Translations under genes and position numbers: made by a program
Shown here: positions 26,501 to 36,000 of the stretch, in pieces
Layout of the letters: each line of letters opens with the position of its first letter
Numbering within the stretch: the stretch's first letter is position 1
From: Candidatus Rifleibacteriota bacterium
GTDB taxonomy: Bacteria > Muiribacteriota > Ozemobacteria > Ozemobacterales > Ozemobacteraceae
Length of the DNA stretch: 64,000 nucleotides
Assembly: GCA_015232575.1 (NCBI GenBank)
Contig: JADFZL010000003.1
Location: 192,001 to 256,000 of the forward strand
Direction of reading: 5' to 3'
Notes under the pieces: model-generated
Told to the model about the DNA's origin: nothing
The model's database searches: none
The model's input: only the letters and a program-made list of their open reading frames with translations

Positions 26501-26887
26501 ATGGGAAAAAAAATTCTTCTTGTTGATGACGATGTTGATTTTGTAAACCTGAACAGAGAAATACTTGAAAATGCGGGTTATTCCGTTTCTTTTGCATATA
26601 ATGGTGAAGAAGGTATGAAGGCAATTAAAGCTTCAAAACCAGATCTTCTCGTTCTAGATGTAATGATGACAACAATAGTTGAGGGATTTGATTTTGCAGA
26701 TAAACTTCAGGAAATCCCGGAATTCAAAGATATTCCTGTCATTATGCTGACCGGAATGACAAAAACTCCTCAATTCCCCGAAAGTTTCCAGAAAGTCCTC
26801 GGAAGAACATGGACAGCTGCTGCATATCTTGAAAAACCAGTGAAACCAGAAAAACTTGTCAGTGAAGTTAAGAAAATCCTGGGTTGA
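26501..26887 (+). CDS. Stand-alone response-regulator receiver domain protein (CheY-like)
   Basis: KILLVDDD...LLVLDVMM receiver motifs. Start ATG 26501 after AAAAGGAG; the track ORF starts earlier. Confidence 0.75.
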   Translation: MGKKILLVDDDVDFVNLNREILENAGYSVSFAYNGEEGMKAIKASKPDLLVLDVMMTTIVEGFDFADKLQEIPEFKDIPVIMLTGMTKTPQFPESFQKVLGRTWTAAAYLEKPVKPEKLVSEVKKILG

Positions 26888-27315
26888 TTTTTTAACAGAA
26901 TACCTGGTATTTTTTGTAAGACTCTCAGCCTTAGCTTTGGCTGAGAGTTTTTATTTGCTCGAAATTTCTCGGTTTTCTGGCAGAACGAAAGTCAATCGAA
27001 AAATACCTGTTTTTTTCCAAAGAGTGGCAATTCATTAACTTCTTAATTGTCCAAGAGTGCTTTTAGCAGTGATAACATACCGAGATCCCATTTTCTCCGA
27101 ACTATCTGTTGGATGCTAAATTTATTAGAAGCAGCATGATTAGTGGCATAGATTTTGTGATTGTGTTTCTAAAAACCATAAGTCTTAGAAAGAAATGAAC
27201 CAATAAATACCAATACTAACTATTCCTAACCAAAAGTACTTGAAATTTATATAGCCTTGGCATATAATCCTTATGATGTTTTAATAAAATATCGTATTCA
27301 AACCATGAGGAATAT

Positions 27316-27915
27316 ATGCATAAAAAAGTCATTTTTCAGGTTTTATGTCTTTCTTTGTTAAATAATCGTTTTAATTCTTACTACAAACCCCCAAAACAAA
27401 ATATTGCAGCCCTTTCATTGACGTTTTTCATTAATTTCTGTTTTTTTATGTTGTCACCGTCTTTTGCTGATCAACCCGATGAGAGAAATCTAAACACACG
27501 ACGACATCACTCTGCAAGCGCATCTGCTTCAGAAATATCAAATTTTGGAAAATCTGAAAAAAGCGATTATTGTGTTGTACTTGAATTTAATAGCAGCGAA
27601 ATTGCATCCTTTTCAGCAGACGATCTTGATAAATTTCCCAGGAAAACTTTTGAATGCCCAGAGGCTGGTAAATCTCTGTGTGGATCATCATTAAAGGGAA
27701 TTCTATCTTCAGCCGGAATCAAAGAATTTAAAGAAGTTACAATAAGCGGTTTTTCAAAAGGCAGAATGTTCACTGCTGAAATCACTCTTAAATCTGAAGA
27801 GATCGATGAAAATGTAATTCTTGCATTAAGTAACAGAAGAACGGCAAAACTTGCAAGTCCTAAAATTCCATTCAAGAACTGGATAATTGACGTGGAGAGG
27901 ATTTCGGTCAAATGA
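27316..27915 (+). CDS. Hypothetical secreted protein
   Basis: Hydrophobic N-terminus. Its stop overlaps the next start (ATGA). Confidence 0.4.
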   Translation: MHKKVIFQVLCLSLLNNRFNSYYKPPKQNIAALSLTFFINFCFFMLSPSFADQPDERNLNTRRHHSASASASEISNFGKSEKSDYCVVLEFNSSEIASFSADDLDKFPRKTFECPEAGKSLCGSSLKGILSSAGIKEFKEVTISGFSKGRMFTAEITLKSEEIDENVILALSNRRTAKLASPKIPFKNWIIDVERISVK

Positions 27916-28676
27916 GCGAAATAGTCTATATTGGGGTTGATGATACCGATGTTCTGGGAAGCCCTGGAACTGGAAAGATCGCCAGGGGAATTGCGGAAAT
28001 GCTTTTTGAGAAAGGTTTGGCGAAATCGCTTGGCGTAAGTCGTCATCAGCTTCTCGTCGATCCGAGGGTTAAATACACTTCGCATAACAGTTGCAAAGGA
28101 ATTGCAGTAATTACAGATAACTTTCCCGTTGTGCTGGTAAAACCATGTTCTGATTATATTAAAGACCATTTTCAGCCGGGTTCAGATCCGGGTCTGTGTA
28201 TATGCTCTGAAAAAAATATTACACCAGAGATACTTGCATACTCAGTAAAAGCCGAGACTGAATTCATTCAGAAAGACGAGGCTTACACATTAGTTTCCGG
28301 AAAGGATATTTTCCTCACAGAGCTTGGCGGTGACGGTGGTGGAGTGATCGGAGCTCTTGCCGCTGTTGGTTTGCGGGCTGGCGGAAACAATGGCAGACTT
28401 GTTGACATCAGAGGAGTGCGGGACATTTCTGGAAAAATTTCTGTGATGGAAATAAAATTCAGAACTGATATTGTCGCTGTCTCTGATATTGATGGAAACG
28501 AACTTTCTAACTTAGAAATAGTTGAAAGCCTTTCTTGGATACGCCCAAATCTTGTTAATGGAAAGCCAGTGCTGAAGGTAATACTTTCAGAAGAGTTGAC
28601 AAACGTAGAAGGCAAAAGAATCTGGATTCCGGCTGAAAGAGAAATGAAAATGACAAAAGGAGATAAAAATGAGTAA
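27912..28676 (+). CDS. Hypothetical protein with a TiaS-kinase-like (IGxDDTD...) N-terminal domain
   Basis: N-terminal YIGVDDTDVLGSPGTG...LLVDPRVKYTSHN resembles the IGIDDTDS...NPNVPFKTRGN signature of the TiaS kinase-type domain, as I recall it. Gly-rich LGGDGGGVIGALAAVG segment. Confidence 0.3.
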   Translation: MSEIVYIGVDDTDVLGSPGTGKIARGIAEMLFEKGLAKSLGVSRHQLLVDPRVKYTSHNSCKGIAVITDNFPVVLVKPCSDYIKDHFQPGSDPGLCICSEKNITPEILAYSVKAETEFIQKDEAYTLVSGKDIFLTELGGDGGGVIGALAAVGLRAGGNNGRLVDIRGVRDISGKISVMEIKFRTDIVAVSDIDGNELSNLEIVESLSWIRPNLVNGKPVLKVILSEELTNVEGKRIWIPAEREMKMTKGDKNE

Positions 28677-29271
28677 AAAAACCAGAGCTATTTCTATTTC
28701 GGAAGTAATTTTCGAAGAAGCAAAAGATTTCAATACCAAAACATATCACTTATTTGTGATTGTTGCTGGTCTTATTGTATCAGGGTTGGTTACTGCTTTT
28801 GCAAAAAAATTGACGTTCCATCTTGGCATACCTGGCCACAGCGCTATTTTATGGCTTGGTTCAATGATTGCTTGCCGGAACATAATCGGAAATAAAGGTG
28901 CTGGGACGCTTATCGGAATCAGCACAGCACTATGGGGTGTTCCGATGGGACTGAACAATGCAGTAATATATAACATTGGTTTGTACGGCGCTGCTGGTAT
29001 TGTTCTGGACCTCATTGCAATGGTTCCGCAGATTAATACTTCTAAGGTCACCAGTGCAGTACTTTCTGGAATAGCTGCACACGCAATGAAATTCTGCTTT
29101 TTAGTTTGCAGCACTCTCAGCAGCACAGTGATAAAGAAATTTGTATTATTTGGATTCCTTCAGTCGGCTTTTCTGCATGTATTTTTTGGCGCTATCGCAG
29201 GCCTTACAGGAATATTAGGGTATTCAATTTTCCAACAACTTTTTCAAAAGAAAAGAACGTCTGATCAATAA
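28669..29271 (+). CDS. Hypothetical integral membrane protein
   Basis: About five hydrophobic helices. Start overlaps the previous gene. Confidence 0.4.
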   Translation: MSKKTRAISISEVIFEEAKDFNTKTYHLFVIVAGLIVSGLVTAFAKKLTFHLGIPGHSAILWLGSMIACRNIIGNKGAGTLIGISTALWGVPMGLNNAVIYNIGLYGAAGIVLDLIAMVPQINTSKVTSAVLSGIAAHAMKFCFLVCSTLSSTVIKKFVLFGFLQSAFLHVFFGAIAGLTGILGYSIFQQLFQKKRTSDQ

Positions 29272-29380
29272 TTAGTAGGAAGTCGTATACGAAGCATCCT
29301 GCCGCGTTTGTCTTAAGCGGCTGGAAGTCGCTTCTACTTTTGTATGCAAAATCATAAATATGTGGGCAAATTTGCATGTT

Positions 29381-29432
29381 ACTGAGAGATCTCATAAATG
29401 CATGATTTCTCCTTTCGGTCGAAATGACATAG
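29381..29432. repeat. Intergenic palindromic repeat (MITE-like family), copy C (partial, inverted orientation)
   Basis: Reverse complement TGTCATTTCGACCGAAAGGAGAAATCATGCATTTATGAGATCTCTCAGT matches the left half of copy D. Confidence 0.6.
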
Positions 29433-29599
29433 TTATGGCTCCTTTATTATGATTTGCTGTGCTAGTTTTTGCATTATATGACATCGGCGCCTTAATTTAT
29501 TGGCAGATAGGGCAAGGTTGAGAAAAAATTATTGAGGCGAAACTTTGTAAGTATTGTTTTAAAAATTATAATATTCAAGGTTAATTAAGGAGAAAGTTA

Positions 29600-31876
29600 A
29601 TGTTTCGGGTCATTCTTGTTTCAATTTTTTCAGTTTTTATTGTATTTCCGGGAATTCTTTCAGCGGCAGATGAAGAAAATTATTCCGGGCGTTACACTCT
29701 GGACGAAATAGTTATAGAAGAAAGTCGTCCGGAACTCGAAAGCAATGGCAGAATGAGAACGATTTATTCTGAAGAATTGCGCGAAAGAGGAGTGAGGACT
29801 CTGGATGAAGCGCTTAAACTGATTCCTGGCCTGCTTATAAGAACAGGTGCCGGTGGAGTTCCAAGAATTGATATCCGCGGATACAAAGCCAGGCATGTTC
29901 TGCTTCTTCTGGACGGCGTTTCCTTAAATTCAACTTATGACGGACAGCTTGATCCGAGAATTATTCCAGTTGAGATTATTAAAAAAATTAAAGTCACCTA
30001 CGGAAGCGGATCTTCACAATATGGTTCAGGTGCACTTGGTGGAGTAATTAACATAATTACCAGGCGTGGTGAAGCCAAAAATGAAGTTCGATTACAGGAA
30101 GAAGTCGGAACTGGACTTAAACACTATGGAAGTTTCAATGCTTCGGGCAAAGATGGCGACTTCGATTATTTCCTTGGAGTAACCAATAAGCAGCGTGATG
30201 GCCTGGAACTTTCTGATTCGTTTTCACCAACAAATGCTGAAAATGGTGGAAAACGTGAAAACAGCGATTTCAGGAACTCTTCTCTCTTTCTTCGAATTGG
30301 ATTAACTCCGTCTGAAAAATGGCAGTGGGGCTTAACTCTGGCCCGAATGACCTCTGACTACGGGTTATCACCATTAACTATTGATAACAGCTCTGATATT
30401 TTTGCAAACAAAATCAAATATGAGAGAGTTGATAATTCTGACAGTCATATCTTTCAGCTTACAACTTCTTATGATTGCGCTGGTCCATGGGAGTTCAGAT
30501 TGTGGTTTTTTCAGAATTCTCAGATAGAGGAAACCAACGGCTACGACAACGCAAAATATGAAGGTATGTCTGACCCGGCAATAAAAGGTACATATCATCA
30601 GGGTTCAAAGGTTCTTATTCGTGGCGGAACAGTTCAGGCTGACAGAGCTATGGGAAATGACAGCTATCTTACAGTAAGTCTTTCGACAAAACATGATGAA
30701 TGGAATGCTGCTGGAAAAATCAGAGACGTTCAGGTAAATTCAAGTCTTCTTGGAAGTATCATGTCCGCAGGCGGTAAAGGCACTGGTGGCGGAAGCGGCG
30801 GTGGCGGTGGAAGTTCAGGAACTGGAGCAGACGACGGTTCAAGTGGTATGACGGGAACGACTGGAACCACGGAAACTACAGATGGAGATTCTGTCTCAGG
30901 AACTGATACTGGTGTAACTACTGAAAGCTCGAATACTGGTACAGATACATCTTCTGGCACAGGCACTGGTGGCGGCGGTGGAAAAGGAACCGGAGCTGGA
31001 ACAGAAAAAAACACAGTAAAACAGTATGATATTCGCAACTTTGAAAACATTCAAAGCCAGGAAATAAATACTCTTGCTCTGGAATATAACTGCAAACCGA
31101 TAGATAAATTGAACCTTTCCGTTAGCGGCAATTTGTGCAATGCCAGCAGTGATAAGCGTGATGATGAATCTCAAGGTGAATTCAGCCTTGGTTTTTCACG
31201 TGATCTTTCTGAAAAAACCCTTCTTCATGGAGTATTGGCACGCAAGATAAGATTTCCCACTGTTCAGCAGTTGTATGATGAAACAGGTGGCAATCTGAAT
31301 CTTAAAACGGAATGCTCAATGAACTACGAACTCGGAGTATTGCATGAAATGTTCAAAAACAGCCGTTTCGGCGTTACATTATTTCAGAGTGCTGTTGATA
31401 ATTACATTGAAAAACAAGATAGTACAAGTAGATATGAAAATTTCGACGAATATCTGTTTAAAGGTGTTGAGTTTTCCCTGAATCATAAATTTAATTCACC
31501 ATTAACTCTTGAGACAACGCTTTCACTTATGGACTCAGAAGATCAAACTTCAAACAGCGGTCGTGATGAACTTCAATACAGACCCAAAGTGAAATGTACT
31601 CTTTCAGGTACTTATAATTTCCACAATGGAAGTCTTGTACATCTCGAAATGCTTCATCTGAACGGACAGCACTATTATTCGCGCACATTGCCGCTTCAAA
31701 AGGCGTCTTTAAATAATATTACTGTTACAAATTTGCGCGTATCTAAACCGATCAGATATTACAGTCTGGTTATCTATGCCGGAGCTGATAACGTTTTCGA
31801 TCAGAATTACGAAACTGCATACGGAGTTCCGGCTGCCGGAAGATTCGCTTACACAGGAATTCAGGCAACTTTCTGA
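29600..31876 (+). CDS. TonB-dependent outer-membrane receptor with an internal Gly/Ser/Thr-rich insertion
   Basis: Signal peptide, plug domain (IPGLLIRTGAGGVPRIDIRGY), and a C-terminal aromatic terminus (AYTGIQATF). Low-complexity insert GKGTGGGSGGGGGSSGTGADDGSSGMTGTTGTTETT... at roughly 30760..31010. Confidence 0.8.
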   Translation: MFRVILVSIFSVFIVFPGILSAADEENYSGRYTLDEIVIEESRPELESNGRMRTIYSEELRERGVRTLDEALKLIPGLLIRTGAGGVPRIDIRGYKARHVLLLLDGVSLNSTYDGQLDPRIIPVEIIKKIKVTYGSGSSQYGSGALGGVINIITRRGEAKNEVRLQEEVGTGLKHYGSFNASGKDGDFDYFLGVTNKQRDGLELSDSFSPTNAENGGKRENSDFRNSSLFLRIGLTPSEKWQWGLTLARMTSDYGLSPLTIDNSSDIFANKIKYERVDNSDSHIFQLTTSYDCAGPWEFRLWFFQNSQIEETNGYDNAKYEGMSDPAIKGTYHQGSKVLIRGGTVQADRAMGNDSYLTVSLSTKHDEWNAAGKIRDVQVNSSLLGSIMSAGGKGTGGGSGGGGGSSGTGADDGSSGMTGTTGTTETTDGDSVSGTDTGVTTESSNTGTDTSSGTGTGGGGGKGTGAGTEKNTVKQYDIRNFENIQSQEINTLALEYNCKPIDKLNLSVSGNLCNASSDKRDDESQGEFSLGFSRDLSEKTLLHGVLARKIRFPTVQQLYDETGGNLNLKTECSMNYELGVLHEMFKNSRFGVTLFQSAVDNYIEKQDSTSRYENFDEYLFKGVEFSLNHKFNSPLTLETTLSLMDSEDQTSNSGRDELQYRPKVKCTLSGTYNFHNGSLVHLEMLHLNGQHYYSRTLPLQKASLNNITVTNLRVSKPIRYYSLVIYAGADNVFDQNYETAYGVPAAGRFAYTGIQATF

Positions 31877-31959
31877 TTTTTTTGATTGTGCAAAAATAAT
31901 ATTTCCTCACACAACCCTCTCTGCTGAAAATAAAAAGGGTAGGGAAGTGTGAGGTTTTT

Positions 31960-32838
31960 CTACTTCAGCGATTGCGGTTTCCAGGAAATACTGCCCATTG
32001 TAGAATAGTCGTATCCTGCAAATTTTCCTGATTGATTGTTCAGAGAAGCCGGGTCGAAGAAATTAATGAGTTCCCGTATTTTATGGGTTTCCCAGAGATC
32101 AACAGGAATGATCATATCAAAGGGTTCATTGAATACTGGAATGTAATGAAGGTTGAGAATTTCTGCTACGTGTCGAATTCCAAATGATGCATCAGCTTCC
32201 TCTGAACATACTTTCGACCCTGCAGAAATGTGTGATTGAGCTTCAATACAATTTTGTCTGTCATCAACCACAAGCCCATTCTCTTTCATAAGAAAATCTA
32301 TCAGAATACGAGTGCCAGAACCTTTGTTGCGAGTGGCGAATTTCAGCTTGCGATCAAATATATCTTTGAAATTCTTAATTTTATGAGGATTATCCGGAGG
32401 AAGAAAAAGTCCCTGCTCTCGTGTAAATAATTTTAATACAACGAATTCTTCCCGATTCAGATAACGGTCAAGATACCAGTGCGAATGCTTTCCCTCAAGA
32501 TCAAGAATATGAACACAGCAAACAGCAGCCCGACCCATTTTAAGCAACTGTAAACCGTTTATGCTTCCTACTGAAGCATAAAAAACGGTGTTTTTGGACG
32601 TTTTATTGTAATTATCAATAATGACTTTAAGTAAAACATCATCGCTTCCTGCAATTAGAATATTCTGTTCGGAAGCCGTATTTTCACGGATCCAGCGATC
32701 TATTATCTCTCTGCTGAAAACCAGTTTTCCTCCAATTCTTGTAAACGGAATTTCATTATCTTTGACTAATTGATAGACCTTTTTCTCATTTATGTTCAGA
32801 TAAGAAGCAATGTCTTTTGCAGAAAGAATCTCCATCAT
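31960..32838 (-). CDS. HTH (excisionase/MerR-like) + periplasmic-binding-protein-like domain transcriptional regulator (possible oxyanion-responsive)
   Basis: N-terminal DIASYLNINEKKVYQLVKDNEIPFTRIGGKLVF HTH, and a C-terminal PBP-like fold as in ModE-type or tungstate-type regulators. Confidence 0.5.
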   Translation of the reverse strand: MMEILSAKDIASYLNINEKKVYQLVKDNEIPFTRIGGKLVFSREIIDRWIRENTASEQNILIAGSDDVLLKVIIDNYNKTSKNTVFYASVGSINGLQLLKMGRAAVCCVHILDLEGKHSHWYLDRYLNREEFVVLKLFTREQGLFLPPDNPHKIKNFKDIFDRKLKFATRNKGSGTRILIDFLMKENGLVVDDRQNCIEAQSHISAGSKVCSEEADASFGIRHVAEILNLHYIPVFNEPFDMIIPVDLWETHKIRELINFFDPASLNNQSGKFAGYDYSTMGSISWKPQSLK

Positions 32839-33059
32839 TTTCCCCCTTCAGTCGGAATACTGCTTTATTAGAACTTATCCTATCAGTCATGACCTGTATT
32901 TTCAAGTATTTAGTTGATGCTATATCTGTTAATTCTGCATTAATCATTTTTCTATTTGTTTTTAATCAGCGGAATTAGTGGAAAATCAAAAATAGTGGTA
33001 TAATGTGAGCCATTAACCACATGTTTTATGAATTTATTAACAAATAAAAGATTTTATAA

Positions 33060-36000
33060 ATGAGAGGTTTTATGATTATGAGAAAGAATATATTCTTTTT
33101 TCTTTTTCTTTTATTGCTCCCTATTACATGTTTGATTATTTTGGGTTGTAGTGGCGGTGGCAGTGATGCAACCGGAGTCGGAGGTTTAAATACGGTTGGT
33201 CCAGTTGAGGAAGGACCGATTGTACAACGCTTAAATTTTTTTGCTAAAGACTTAGCTGAAGGAAATTTAATAGCTGCACAGTCTCATTTCTCTCCAACCT
33301 TTCGTTCAAATTCCTCTGGACAATTGCAGTCTCTTGCTGTTTACGACTTTGGAAGGAAAATTGGATCAAGTACTGATAACACCTTATTTCTCTTTGAAAT
33401 CGCACCTGGTGGAATAACTCAGCTTTCCACTGTTGATGCTACTGTCAAAGCCAATTTTATAATGAATGATTCCACCCGGATCGTGCTGGTCTTTCAGATG
33501 ATAAAGCATTACGGTGATTGGCTGATTGACGATATAAAAGTAACGATTTCTTCGGGTGAAAGTTTTCCTGCCAGCACTTTTTTTCCTATTCAATCTGGCG
33601 ATTACTGGAAATTTCAGATAAGCGATTCGAGAATAGGCGAAATTCGAGATTTTACAATTACTGTTTCTTCGGAATCACGCGTTATTGATGGCAAAAGAGT
33701 TGTGTATCTGGAATGTTCATCAGCTGTAAGGCAATCTGTCGGGGTTTCTTCGAGAGCATCTATTCTCAATCCTGGTGGAATTAACCGTTTAACATGGGGT
33801 TTCTCAAATGACGGTGGTTTGTGGAATTATGGTGCCCTTTCTGATTCATCCTATTCATTCAATGATGGAAAACCTCTGAAAATTCTTGACGAGCAATTCA
33901 GAGCCGGAGATATCGCAACCTGGACTGTCAGTGAAAAATTCGGGAACCTTGTTTATACAAAACAAATCGTAATACAGGTTAAACAGCCAGTACTAATTAA
34001 TTCAGTATTTGGTTCAGTTAAGGCTTTAACAATACGCTTTGTATGGCACTATCTAAATGGTATGTCACCTGATGGTGTTTTGGCAGGCGGAGAAGAATGG
34101 TATTTACGTGAGAATTTTGGACTTATCGGCTTTATGGAGTTTGATCCCGATTCAGGAGAAAGCTTGACTAAATCTGAATGTGTAGATGTGAAGATTGATG
34201 GAGTTGTCCAGAATCAAGTTGCGATGGTTCTCATGAAAACTACACTTCCTGAAAGCATTTCTGGACAATCTTATTCAAACCCCTTCACAGTAATAGGCGG
34301 TGTACCGCCGTTTTCTTTCCGGATTGCATCTGGAACCCTTCCTGATGGTATAACCCTGCTTGACTCAGGTGTTCTTTCCGGAATTCCGCTTTCAGGAGGA
34401 AAATATAACATTTCTATAAATGTAACAGATTCATCTGGACTCTCTGATTATGAAGATTTCGAACTCTCGGTAATACCAATGAAAATATCCTGTGTTCTTC
34501 CATTGACAGCATTTCTGAGTGAGAGTTGGAACCAGAAACTAACAGTGGTAGGTGGTGTTCAGCCTGTTACCTGGAAAATTTCCTCTGGAGCACTTCCGAC
34601 TGGTTTAAAGATAGTTCAGCCTGATATTATATCTGGTATCATTACAGCTACGGGGACATTTGAATTTACCTTGAAAGCTTCTGATGCAAATAGTTTTGCA
34701 GTTGAAAAAGAATATACTGTCCAGGTAAGCGATGACCTGGTCATTACTGCTGAGATTCCCTCTTCAGTGACTGTAAATTCCCTTATAAATGGTAAGTATA
34801 TTTCTTCTGGCGGAAATCCTCCATATTTTTACAGCATCCAGGAAGGAACTCTTCCAAAAGGTGTTGTTTTGTCTAATGCCGGTGTTTTGTCAGGAATTCC
34901 TGTTGAAAGTGGAATTTTCAACTTTGTTGTGAGGGTTTTGGATTCCAAAGACAGGACAGCTCAAACTACATCTATTCTTAAAGTTCAATCACCTGAAGAA
35001 AATTCCCTTATTATTTCGACATCTTCTATCGCTCAGCAGACCAACATTTTTGCGTCTTTCACTGCATCTTTATCAGCAAGTGGAGCGGCGGGAGGATTGC
35101 ATTGGGAAAAGTTGTCTGGTAATATTCCGCCAGGCATGACTCTTCTGCCAAATGGCTCTCTTACGGGTGTTCCAACGAGCGTTGGCTCATATTCGTTTGT
35201 TGTCAAAGCAACTGATTCACTTGGAAAATCTGGAACTGCAGAAATTAAATTAAATGTGGTTAACGATTTAAACGTAATAGCGTCAATTCCGACAACTGGC
35301 CAGGTAAACTCTTCTTTTTCAGGTTCGTTTAATGCCAGTGGTGGATTTCCGCCTTATTTGTTTCACATTTCAAGCGGAAATCTTCCGTCTGGACTAGCTT
35401 TGAGTGCAGATGGTAAGATTTCAGGTACTCTTACGGCCGAGGGCAATTATACATTTTCAGTTACAGTAACTGATTCAAAAGGTTTATTAGCAATTAATAA
35501 TGCTTCAGTACAAGTTATTCCGGCTAATCCAGCACCTGTTCCCAATCCTGATCCTGTACCTGAGGCTACTTTTTCAATCGTTATTTCATCAGTAATTCCA
35601 ACCGCAAATCTTTGTGCAACGTACAGCGCAAATCTGCAATTCCTGAATGGTTCAGCTCCAATTTCTTCGACAATTTCTTCAGGAAGCCTGCCGGATGGAA
35701 TAACTCTTTCCGATAACTGCTTATCTGGTATTCCGATTACTTCTGGAACATATTTCTTTGAAATTATTGCTTCAGATACTCTTGGAAAAATTGCCACCGC
35801 TACTTTTTCAATTCAGGTTAGTAACTCTACTAATCCAAATCCTCCCATAATTTCAATAGCAGCAACTTTGAGTAACACCCCGGAGAATCCAACGAATCAG
35901 ACAACCGCATCAATAACAGTAGGCGGAATAGACGTTGTAAAGTATTCTTACAGTCTTAACGATGGAACATGGAGCCCTGAAACACCCATTTCAACTATTT

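Noticed and set aside
29290-29599. Cobalamin riboswitch upstream of the TonB-dependent receptor (BtuB-like context)
   Set aside because: No B12-box-like conserved core (GCCACTG-type) or typical aptamer features were seen by eye. The region instead contains a copy of the MITE-like repeat. A covariance-model scan would be needed to be certain.
30730-31050. Proline-rich 106-aa ORF on the minus strand (PPPPVPVPE...)
   Set aside because: It is the antisense reading of the GGN-rich glycine insert inside the TonB-dependent receptor gene. It has no independent start context.
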